Assembly (NCBI GenBank): GCA_963756875.1
Contig: CAVWPA010000003.1
Coordinates: 768,001 to 832,000, forward strand
DNA from: an uncultured Verrucomicrobiae bacterium
GTDB lineage: Bacteria > Verrucomicrobiota > Verrucomicrobiia > Chthoniobacterales > UBA10450
Direction of reading: 5' to 3'
Length of the DNA stretch: 64,000 nucleotides
In this document: one piece after another, positions 17,568-25,617 of the stretch
How positions within the stretch are numbered: position 1 is the first letter of the stretch
Layout: each line of letters begins with the position of its first letter
Translations under genes and position numbers: made by a program
Notes under the pieces: model-generated
Told to the model about the DNA's origin: nothing
The model's database searches: none
What the model saw: the letters and a program-made list of their open reading frames with translations, nothing else

Positions 17568-18332
17568 CTAGAAAGCGAAATTGATTCCGCTTCTGAACAT
17601 GCCGAAATTGTTTCGCGGCCCGTCGATGACGCCGATGCTAAAGTCATTGGTCCAGCCAATGTGCCGGGTCACGCGCGTTTCCAGTCCCACGCCGAATTGA
17701 CCAAGCAGTTTCGTCGTGCTGCCGTGATGAACCGTGAAGGCGTCAGCCAGGAACGCATCGGGCGGCTCCACGAGGGAATGGGCGAAGAGCTCATCGCTTT
17801 GTCCGCCTCCGAAGATCGCGCCTGCGCCGGCCCAGGCGTACGGGGCAAAACGGGTGCAGGGAATAGGATAGCGAACGGTAAACGTGCCCAAAACCGAACC
17901 AAGGGCGCGGTGATGAGTCATCCGTTGCCGATCAAAAATCTGCATGCGCGGATCTTCGAAAATATCGAAACCGCCCTTGCGGGCATCGACCACAAAGCCC
18001 TCCAGGCCGACGCCGAAATAGCGATGAAAGAAGTATTTGATGTCGCCGCCGCCGCCCCAGGCATGATCGTCGCCAAGGTAACGGTCGTATTCACCGAGGA
18101 CTGCCCCTCCCTCAGTCGTGCTCTGAACTACGTCGACTAAATCAAGATTGCGCGCGTACTCGGTGTTTGTGAACGCGTACGTTCCCCAAAGATCGATATT
18201 CCATTCGTTGTCGCCGTACCATTGCGGGCAAGGCTCGGGCGCCGCCTGCTTAATCTCCTTTGCGGAATATTCGCCTGCAAAACCAAAGGAACATGCCAGG
18301 CACGATGTCAGGATTAAAAATGTGATTTTCAT
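17568..18332 (-). CDS. Outer-membrane beta-barrel protein (OmpA/OmpW-like porin family)
   Basis: Signal peptide, amphipathic strands (WGGGGDIKYFFHRYFGVGLEG, FAPYAWAGAGAIF, GQFGVGLETR) and C-terminal GINFAF with a terminal Phe. Confidence 0.75.
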   Translation of the reverse strand: MKITFLILTSCLACSFGFAGEYSAKEIKQAAPEPCPQWYGDNEWNIDLWGTYAFTNTEYARNLDLVDVVQSTTEGGAVLGEYDRYLGDDHAWGGGGDIKYFFHRYFGVGLEGFVVDARKGGFDIFEDPRMQIFDRQRMTHHRALGSVLGTFTVRYPIPCTRFAPYAWAGAGAIFGGGQSDELFAHSLVEPPDAFLADAFTVHHGSTTKLLGQFGVGLETRVTRHIGWTNDFSIGVIDGPRNNFGMFRSGINFAF

Positions 18333-18350
18333 GATTCGAACGATTTCTAA

Positions 18351-19286
18351 TTAGCGGTTGCGTGTGGAAACCGGGGCTTCGGCTTCGGCGCCTTCGCCGC
18401 CGAACAACCAGGAAAAAACGACAAACACCTGCACGCGTGGAGAATCGTCCGTGCAGCCAAAAAGCGGTGACACATCGACACGGGTTTGGGGCGTCGGTTT
18501 CCACGCGACGGTCGGTCCGATGACAAAACGATGCATCGGGTCCCCACGAGTGTCCTTTACGGTAAAGTTGCTGTATTGCATCTCCACGCCCGTCTTGAGC
18601 CGTTCGTTAGGCAACACGATCGGCATGGTGGCGCTCTGCGCAAAACCCCACTCTCGGCCGCGGTCGCCGGTGTTTTCCTTTTCAAAGAACCAGTTCATCG
18701 CCCATTCGACGCGTTCGCCAAAATCCTGCGCCAGCAACAGGCGGAATTCGTAGGCGTCCGGCACCTTCGGCGGGCCGCTCTCTTCTTCTTCCTCCCCCGG
18801 AGGTGGCGGCGGGCCTTCTTCGTGGCGGATGGTGCCGATGCCGAACTTGTATTCGGCGAACAGGGTCGGATTCAGCGGGATCTTGTTCCAATCGGCAAGC
18901 GCGTAGCGCGCTTCCAGGCTGGTGGTCTCCAAACCGCCGCCGCCGTTGAATCTCTCAAACGTGCCTTCGGTGGCAATGCCGAACCGATAAGGCAGGCCCA
19001 TTTCGATTTCCTGCGTGAACAGATGGTCTGGTGGGCCGTGCCAGAACGCGTCGCCTTCATAGATCTCGCCGAAATAGAAGGCCCATGGTGGCAGAACGTA
19101 GGCATTGGTGAGGTTGGAAAATCGGCTGCGCGAAAACCCCTGAGGGGCGCCGTAGGAGCTGGGCACCTCCTGGCCGGTGACGACGACGGATTCGGACGCG
19201 CCGGTTTGAGCGCGGACGAGCGGCGCGGTAGTGAGGAACACGCCACAAATCAATAGGCGGCTAATGAGAGAATGTTTCGGAGACAT
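18351..19286 (-). CDS. Exported small beta-barrel-like protein with a TonB-box-like N-terminus
   Basis: Signal peptide ending VRA, then ESVVVTG; alternating beta-strands (QEIEMGL, SLEARYAL, PTLFAEYKF, YEFRLLLAQDF, KTGVEMQY, FVIGPTVAWKP, VFVVFSWLF); Pro/Glu-rich loop; RBS GGAAGGA. Confidence 0.75.
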   Translation of the reverse strand: MSPKHSLISRLLICGVFLTTAPLVRAQTGASESVVVTGQEVPSSYGAPQGFSRSRFSNLTNAYVLPPWAFYFGEIYEGDAFWHGPPDHLFTQEIEMGLPYRFGIATEGTFERFNGGGGLETTSLEARYALADWNKIPLNPTLFAEYKFGIGTIRHEEGPPPPPGEEEEESGPPKVPDAYEFRLLLAQDFGERVEWAMNWFFEKENTGDRGREWGFAQSATMPIVLPNERLKTGVEMQYSNFTVKDTRGDPMHRFVIGPTVAWKPTPQTRVDVSPLFGCTDDSPRVQVFVVFSWLFGGEGAEAEAPVSTRNR

Positions 19287-19334
19287 GCTGTTTTTCCTTC
19301 CTATTCGTATTTGCGAAGTCTGCTGGATGCCAGA

Positions 19335-19354
19335 TTATTACAAACTTGTAATAA
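19335..19354. promoter_or_regulatory. CusR/CopR/CzcR-type operator palindrome
   Basis: Perfect inverted repeat TTATTACAA-AC-TTGTAATAA, 48 bp upstream of the 19286 start. It resembles the E. coli CusR box ATGACAA-N2-TTGTCAT. Confidence 0.75.
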
Positions 19355-19422
19355 ATGGCAACAGTCTATTCCAAGCGAGACCGGCGCTCTGGAACGGCCG
19401 TTCCAACAGGGTCCTGGGAGAG

Positions 19423-20817
19423 CTATTCCTTGTTCGGAAAAGTTAGAATGACGGTGGTCCCGCGATCCACCTCGCTGTGGATTGCGGCCGATCCGCCGTG
19501 CAGGTCGGTGATCGATTTCACCAGTGCCAGTCCCAGTCCCGCGCCGCCGGTGCTGCGTGACGAATCCGCCCGATAGAAACGGTCGAATATGCGCGGAACG
19601 TGTTCGGCCGCAATCCCGCATCCCGTGTCGCGCACGGAAATTTCCGAAGCCGCGGGGTATTGCGTGACAGACACTTCGATTTTTCCGCCGTCCGGCGTGT
19701 AGCGCAGGGCATTATCGAGAAGGTTTCCCAGCGCGCGGTCAAAGAGCGTCGGATCGGCGTATACGTTAGCGTTGCCAGTGCATTGAATGGCGATATTGCG
19801 GTCCTCGGCGATCGCCCGGTAGTAAGCGGCGATCTTTTCGACGGCCGCAGAGCCGTCAAAGGTAGTACGATGGATTTTATCCCGCGCAGCGTTCGCCCGG
19901 GCGACAAAAAGCAAATTGTCGACGATCCCGGAAAGTTTCTCGCATTCCGCTGCGGCCGACTCGACCACTTCGCGATATTCGTCGGACGAACGGGCGCGGG
20001 TCAACGCCACCTGCGCTTCGCCGAGAATGTTGGCGAGAGGCGTCCGTAATTCATGGGCAAGATCGGCCGAAAACTGCGACAAACGCGTGAAGGAGTCTTC
20101 AAGACGGTCGAGCATCTTATCGAATGCCGAAGCGAACGGTTGCAACTCCCGGGGCCAGCCGGCCGGTGCGACTCGTTCGTCAAGATGCGTCGGACCAACA
20201 CGCTCGAGCGACCGGGTCATTTCCGCGAGTGGCCGCAGACCTCGCCTGGTTACCGTGAGTGCAATGGCGGCCGCGGCGACAATTCCGCAGGCGAGCACGA
20301 CGGCAACCAGCGCGCCGAATTCCCGCGTGAATTGTTCATCGGACGAGCGGTCCTGGGCGACTTGTATCGTGTAATCCCGGCCGTTTCCCTGGTCGGTCGC
20401 GGCGACCAATGAAAATAATCGTGGGCCAACACGATATTCCTTCGTCGCTTGCATCGTGTTGCGGGCTGTCGAAGGGAGGGGGAAAACGGCGACGGGGAGA
20501 AGTTGCTCCATTCCCGGCGTTTCACTCACCGTGTGTCCGCTCGAATCGATGATCCGCACCCAGTAAACGATGTGCTCGCCGGCGCGCGCGTTTCTCAGCT
20601 CGTTGTCGAGCAAACTCGGACCGCCGGCTTTTTTCAAGTCGGCGCGCAAGGCGGTCAGCTTGTCGCTCAGAACGGCGTTATCCTCGGTTTCCGCATGTCC
20701 CGCAACCACCCAGTAAAAAACACCGAGCCCGCAGAAGAGCAGCAGCGCAGTGGCGAGCGTGAAAAGAATTACCAGTTGCGACGCGATCGAGCGCCGCTTA
20801 CTCCGCTTTGAGAACAT
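19423..20817 (-). CDS. Heavy-metal sensor histidine kinase (CusS/CzcS family)
   Basis: Two transmembrane helices, HAMP, SFTRLSQFSADLAHELRTPL, NLLDNALRYT, FDRFYRADSSR and GAGLGLALV. Confidence 0.92.
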   Translation of the reverse strand: MFSKRSKRRSIASQLVILFTLATALLLFCGLGVFYWVVAGHAETEDNAVLSDKLTALRADLKKAGGPSLLDNELRNARAGEHIVYWVRIIDSSGHTVSETPGMEQLLPVAVFPLPSTARNTMQATKEYRVGPRLFSLVAATDQGNGRDYTIQVAQDRSSDEQFTREFGALVAVVLACGIVAAAAIALTVTRRGLRPLAEMTRSLERVGPTHLDERVAPAGWPRELQPFASAFDKMLDRLEDSFTRLSQFSADLAHELRTPLANILGEAQVALTRARSSDEYREVVESAAAECEKLSGIVDNLLFVARANAARDKIHRTTFDGSAAVEKIAAYYRAIAEDRNIAIQCTGNANVYADPTLFDRALGNLLDNALRYTPDGGKIEVSVTQYPAASEISVRDTGCGIAAEHVPRIFDRFYRADSSRSTGGAGLGLALVKSITDLHGGSAAIHSEVDRGTTVILTFPNKE

Positions 20818-21469
20818 AGCCAATACCGCGGATCGTGTGGATCAGCTTCCTTTTGAACGGGTCGTCCACCTTTGCTCGCAGCCGGCGCACCACGACATCT
20901 ACGACGTTCGTTTCAGTATTGAAATCGATATCCCATACATGCTCGGCAATTTGTCGCCGTGAGATCACTTCACCGCCGGAGCGCGCCAGGTGAGCAAGAA
21001 GCAGAAATTCCTTGGGCGTCAGATTGAGGGCGACGCCCGATCGCGTCGCGCGGTTTCTGCGGGTATCGATTTCCAGATCGTCAATTCGCAGCTGGTCGAC
21101 GTCCTCGTGGGGCGTGCGTCGGAGCAGGGACCTGACTCGCGCCAGCAACTCCGGGAAAGCAAACGGCTTCACCATGTAATCGTCGGCCCCCAACTCGAGG
21201 CCTTTAACGCGGTCGCGCACGCTGTCCCGAGCGGTAAGAAAAATCACCGGAGTTCGTTTCCCGGCGGCGCGAAGCTCGGCCACAACGGCCCAGCCGTCCT
21301 TTTTCGGCAACATCACGTCGACGATGAGCAAATCGAACCGTTTGGTCTGAGCCGCTTTGATTCCGGTTTCTCCATCCTTGGCAATGGTCGCGGCAAAACC
21401 GGCTTCCCGCAGGCCTTTGGCGAGAAAGCCAGCCGTTTTCTTTTCATCCTCGATAATCAGGATGCGCAC
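20798..21469 (-). CDS. Heavy-metal response regulator (CusR/CzcR, OmpR family)
   Basis: DVMLPKKDGW, LTARDSVRDRVKGLELGADDY, VWDIDFNTETNVVDVVVRRLRAKVDDPF and IHTIRGIGY. Confidence 0.93.
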   Translation of the reverse strand: MRILIIEDEKKTAGFLAKGLREAGFAATIAKDGETGIKAAQTKRFDLLIVDVMLPKKDGWAVVAELRAAGKRTPVIFLTARDSVRDRVKGLELGADDYMVKPFAFPELLARVRSLLRRTPHEDVDQLRIDDLEIDTRRNRATRSGVALNLTPKEFLLLAHLARSGGEVISRRQIAEHVWDIDFNTETNVVDVVVRRLRAKVDDPFKRKLIHTIRGIGYVLKAE

Positions 21470-21504
21470 CGCGCTAGTTTATAACGCTTCGGCGCCGAGA
21501 CACG

Positions 21505-21534
21505 AAAAAAGACCGCTTCGGGAGCGAACGGCCT
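21505..21534 (-). terminator. Rho-independent terminator after the PEP-CTERM gene
   Basis: Minus strand GGCCGTTCG-CTCC-CGAAGCGGTC followed by TTTTTT, immediately after the stop at 21538. Confidence 0.7.
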
Positions 21535-21537
21535 TTG

Positions 21538-22141
21538 TTAAAGCGAAGATGGAGAGCGAACTCGCCTGAGTATTGGGCGCGCGCGAGGCACAGACAACAC
21601 GGCCAGCAGCCCCAGGCAAACCAAAATTGCACTACCTGGCTCAGGCACGGCCGCGGTCTGTGTTTGAAAACCAAACGTCGCCTGCTGCTGGCCGTTCGCG
21701 CTGCTGGAAGTAAAGCTCCAGGATCCGGGCGTCGGAATCGAAGCCATTGCCGCTGATCGTTCCGATGCCGGTGATATTCAGAAATTGCGAATTCTGAGCG
21801 GTAATGGTCGACGATTGGAGATCGAACGTAAATCCGCCAACACTCCACAAAGCCGGCGTTTGCGTAGACGGATTGAAAATCCACGGCGCCGCCATGGTCA
21901 CATTGGTCCCCGGCGAAATGCTGGAAAAGTCTCCCGAGTCCTGCAAAACAAAAGAACTGTTCCAAATATCCACGCGCGTGGCAGTGGCCAGAGAAGTGGT
22001 ATCGTAGGTCACGACGCCGCCGAAATCGATGCTTCCCACGATCGGCCGCGCGTTTGCCCCCTGGCACGTGAAGCCGGCGACCAGTCCGATGGCCAGGATG
22101 GCGACGCGTGTGTTCGAGAGAATTTTCATCGGATTTGCCAT
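21538..22141 (-). CDS. PEP-CTERM sorting domain protein; one frameshift near 21735
   Basis: Signal peptide and Ser/Thr-rich body in one frame. The C-terminus PTPGSWSFT...AAVPEPGSAILVCLGLLAVLSVPRARPILRR is in another frame. Confidence 0.85.
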
Positions 22142-22202
22142 GTTTGTTTCTCTTAATGCGAAACTCATTGGGTCTCTGGATGCCCCCGTGGCGAAATTTC
22201 TC

Positions 22203-22844
22203 CTAATCGGCCTTTGAAGCGTCCGGGTGCAGACCGGGCCGTTGCACAACGAAGAACATGATTTTACCCGCCTTCCGGTTTTGGCCGCTGGCGACAACCC
22301 GGTAGAGGGGCCGTTTCGGGCGCAACACGTCCCACGCGATCATGTTCGCGTTTTGCACCGGAGCCTTGGCAGACTCGCCAATTTTTTTGAAGGGGATCTC
22401 CTTACCGGGGCGAAGAAAGCCGCTAACATATGTGATTCGGCCTTCGTCGTCTGCCTTGACGAACACAAAGGAGTAGTCGGTCTTTGACAGTTCCCACAGA
22501 ACCTTTTGTTCTCCTTCGTCCGCGTCGTCTTCTTTCTCTTCTTTCGGCCGGTGAGCGGAATCGCAAAGCTTGTCGAGCTTTGCGTGCGCTGCTTCGAGAG
22601 TCGATCCAAGCTCCACGCCGAGGATCGATTTCATTACTTTGACCGATTTCGCGTTTGCCAGCCGCTCCTTGTACGGCGCGAGCGAATGGGCCGGCAAAGA
22701 CGATGCTGACTGGATTTGAGGTGAAAGCGACGCGGTCGGAGAGGCTTTCGGCATCGGTCTTTCTGACGGCGCTGTTTGGCCGATTGTCGACCCGACGGCG
22801 CCGAAAAATGAGACTGCGACAAGCAGCGATCTCCACGTGATCAT
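22203..22844 (-). CDS. Hypothetical secreted protein
   Basis: 213-aa ORF with a signal peptide, a Pro/Ser linker and a globular C-terminus; starts 6 nt after the upstream stop. Confidence 0.7.
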   Translation of the reverse strand: MITWRSLLVAVSFFGAVGSTIGQTAPSERPMPKASPTASLSPQIQSASSLPAHSLAPYKERLANAKSVKVMKSILGVELGSTLEAAHAKLDKLCDSAHRPKEEKEDDADEGEQKVLWELSKTDYSFVFVKADDEGRITYVSGFLRPGKEIPFKKIGESAKAPVQNANMIAWDVLRPKRPLYRVVASGQNRKAGKIMFFVVQRPGLHPDASKAD

Positions 22845-22850
22845 ACGCGA

Positions 22851-25595
22851 TTACGGCGAACTGGTGATCGTAAATTCCGTCCCGCCGCGGGTGATGTCCT
22901 GTAACGCGATGTTTTCTCCCGCTGGATCGGTGACAAAAGCGTGGCCCTTCAATCCGCAAAAAGTAGACCCGACGCCTATTGAGGCGTGGCCGACCGAGTT
23001 GAGATATGTGTTCAACTTCGCCGCGGAAACGCGCACGCTGATTTGCTTGACCAAACGATTGAACGCGCCGGCATCTGCGGTTCCACGCTTCGTATCGGTA
23101 CTCGATCCGTCGCTATTTCGGATGGTCGTACCCCAATTGAAAGTAATGGCGCCTTGAGCACTGGTCTCGGCATCCACCCAGAATTGATCGCCACGATCAG
23201 GCAATCCCCTCGAAAACTGGTTGCCAATCGGACCAATCACGCCCATCTCCGGAGCATTTGCCGCGAAGTACATTCGCCAGACGCAACTGCTTGGAGTCGT
23301 CGTTAGGTCAGACACAGTCATCGCAGCTGTGATGTACGGGCCCTGGTTCGTATTCTGCGATTGATATTTGATCGAGACGATATCGACCGGATTATTGGCC
23401 GGGGCGACACCGAGCAGGCCACTGTCCTGGTCCTGCGCGAAATCGGTCACCTGCTCGCCATTCGGTCCGGGCTGCATTGGTTGGGGCGGCGGAGCGCCAA
23501 GCGCGCCAACGGTTCCCGGGACAGCAAATGGCTGAGCCGGGAGCGATGTGCCTTCCTGCTGCGTCGGCAAATCGCCGGTGCCGTTAATGGAAGGCCCGCT
23601 GATTTGACGCGTTACGTAGGAGTGCCCTCGAAAATCATTGTGGTCATCCGTGTAACCGATCGCCGCCGCGCCCGACGGATCAAAGTTCACTTGGAAATAA
23701 TCGATGAGATTTCGGTTCGGCCCGCCTGTTAGCACCAGGCCGCTCAAGGAAATGTTGGAGGCGTGATTGGAATGGTCGCTTGCTTGGACGATGCGAAACG
23801 CAGGCGTGTTCGAGTCGGCGTTGAAACTTTGAGCGAAAAAGACACGCCAGTTTGCGTTATCATTGTTGGCCGAGTTATCGCTGCCGTACCACACAACTCC
23901 GACCGATCCGGCGACTGGGCCGGTGGCCAGCCAGGGCATGAGATTAATCGTCTCATCGGGGTCGGACGTGTCATTTACGCGCACCGGCGCAGTCCAAGTC
24001 TGCCCTTTATCCGCCGAACTCACCAAATAGATGTTGCTGGCGTCAGAATAGACGCCATAGACCGTGTGATTCACCGTGGCGACCCGAATCGGGAAAAAGA
24101 TGTTTGCGGTGTTTACGCCTGCCGGAACGGCTTGCACGACTGTGTATGACGTTGGCGCGTTTCCTGGCCCGGTCGTGCCGGGAACAACATTGTTCGCGGG
24201 ATCTCCGACCGCAACGTGTCCATCGTTGCTGCTCACATATACGACGCCCGTGGTTTGATCGACGTCGAGGGCGCCAGTCTGCGGAAAACTAATGCCGCCG
24301 GGCGGGAGGGCCGGCCCGTAATTTAGTCCTCCATCCGTCGATTGCTGAACGAAGGCGATGCCTTCGGCGAAATTTCGGTAAACGAGAAAAACATTATTAT
24401 TCCCAACAAAGCCCATCCATTGCCGGTCGTTAATTGGAACGCCGGCCAAAACATTCCCGGCCCCGTTAAAGGTGAAGGTTTGTCCGCGATCGAGCGAATG
24501 ACCGACAGTGACGTTCGCAGCCGTCAAACTTGCATAAGCCATGGCCGGTACCGCTTCGGAGTGTTCGCTTGGGCTCACGACGCCCGAGTAATTGTCGAAC
24601 CCAAGTGCGAGATCGATATCGCCGCCCCCCAAAGCGCCTGCCGAAAGCGAGCCCACGCCGTTTGAGCTAAATGGAGAATCGGGCTGGCCGCGATAAACCG
24701 GCACACGCATGTTCGGATCAAAGCCCGAACTACTTGAGCGCAAATCGAAGTAAAAGAGATTCACGCCTGCGGGAACGCCTTGGATCGGCATGATATAAAA
24801 ATTGCCTTGCGCATCAATGCGGCTGCTCGGTTCGCCGTCCTGATGTGCGGTCGGGGCTTTCAAAGGACTGTTGGGCGAAAACGTGATGCCGCCATGGGTG
24901 TAGGTCGCGATGCGAGATCCTCCTCCGCCACCCGTGCCGCAAAACGTATTTCCAACCAGCGTGTAACTCGGGTTCGCAGGGGTTGCGTTGCTCGTGTCAT
25001 CCACTGTCGCAAGAAGCCCGCCGACTTGTTGCGTGCCGATCAACAAATCGGTTTCGCCCAGAACATCTGTCAGCGTGCTGCCCACGACAGGGCTGCCCAT
25101 CTTACTATTTGAATTCGTGATCGTAATTGTACCGTCGGCGGAGAAGGTCCCCGAATCCGCTGAGCCGGACGAAGTGTAGTTGCCCTGACCTTGTGTGACC
25201 GCGTAAGTGCCGTAGCTGAAAGTCGCCTGCGAATTCTGGTCGGTATCCATGCTCACGAAATAAGTGTTGCCATCGATCGACGTGAACCTGATTCGCCAGC
25301 TCCCATTCGCGGGAACCGTTGTTAGATCCTGAACTTTCATGGTGAAAGTGATCTTGCCCGGATTCTGCGCCAGCTCGGCGAAGTAAACTCCCTGAATATC
25401 CTGAGTCCTCGAATCGTATCCGGGTGGATCCGGGGCAGGGGAATAGGGGTCCTGCTGATCCCCGGTCGGATCGCTGATTACGTGAACACCAGGCAAGGTG
25501 CAGGGACTGTCCGCGCTGAAGATTTGGTTCGCGAAAGTTAGCGCAAACGCGACCACAGCAATTGCCGGGACTCGGTGCAACATGGACATTTTCAT
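22851..25595 (-). CDS. Large secreted Asp-box (BNR) beta-propeller protein, paralog B
   Basis: Signal peptide from MKMSMLHRV; Asp-boxes SLDRGQTF, STDGGLNY and SADKGQTW; DRQWM motif; flanking beta-sandwich-like domains. Confidence 0.85.
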   Translation of the reverse strand: MKMSMLHRVPAIAVVAFALTFANQIFSADSPCTLPGVHVISDPTGDQQDPYSPAPDPPGYDSRTQDIQGVYFAELAQNPGKITFTMKVQDLTTVPANGSWRIRFTSIDGNTYFVSMDTDQNSQATFSYGTYAVTQGQGNYTSSGSADSGTFSADGTITITNSNSKMGSPVVGSTLTDVLGETDLLIGTQQVGGLLATVDDTSNATPANPSYTLVGNTFCGTGGGGGSRIATYTHGGITFSPNSPLKAPTAHQDGEPSSRIDAQGNFYIMPIQGVPAGVNLFYFDLRSSSSGFDPNMRVPVYRGQPDSPFSSNGVGSLSAGALGGGDIDLALGFDNYSGVVSPSEHSEAVPAMAYASLTAANVTVGHSLDRGQTFTFNGAGNVLAGVPINDRQWMGFVGNNNVFLVYRNFAEGIAFVQQSTDGGLNYGPALPPGGISFPQTGALDVDQTTGVVYVSSNDGHVAVGDPANNVVPGTTGPGNAPTSYTVVQAVPAGVNTANIFFPIRVATVNHTVYGVYSDASNIYLVSSADKGQTWTAPVRVNDTSDPDETINLMPWLATGPVAGSVGVVWYGSDNSANNDNANWRVFFAQSFNADSNTPAFRIVQASDHSNHASNISLSGLVLTGGPNRNLIDYFQVNFDPSGAAAIGYTDDHNDFRGHSYVTRQISGPSINGTGDLPTQQEGTSLPAQPFAVPGTVGALGAPPPQPMQPGPNGEQVTDFAQDQDSGLLGVAPANNPVDIVSIKYQSQNTNQGPYITAAMTVSDLTTTPSSCVWRMYFAANAPEMGVIGPIGNQFSRGLPDRGDQFWVDAETSAQGAITFNWGTTIRNSDGSSTDTKRGTADAGAFNRLVKQISVRVSAAKLNTYLNSVGHASIGVGSTFCGLKGHAFVTDPAGENIALQDITRGGTEFTITSSP

Positions 25596-25617
25596 ATCTC
25601 GTGTGTCGTCAGTGCAG

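Noticed and set aside
21725..21745. Phase variation at the frameshifts in the PEP-CTERM gene (about 21735), GT-C (about 37450) and GT (about 55305)
   Set aside because: No long homopolymer or simple repeat at the shift sites; isolated indels of the same kind as the errors elsewhere.
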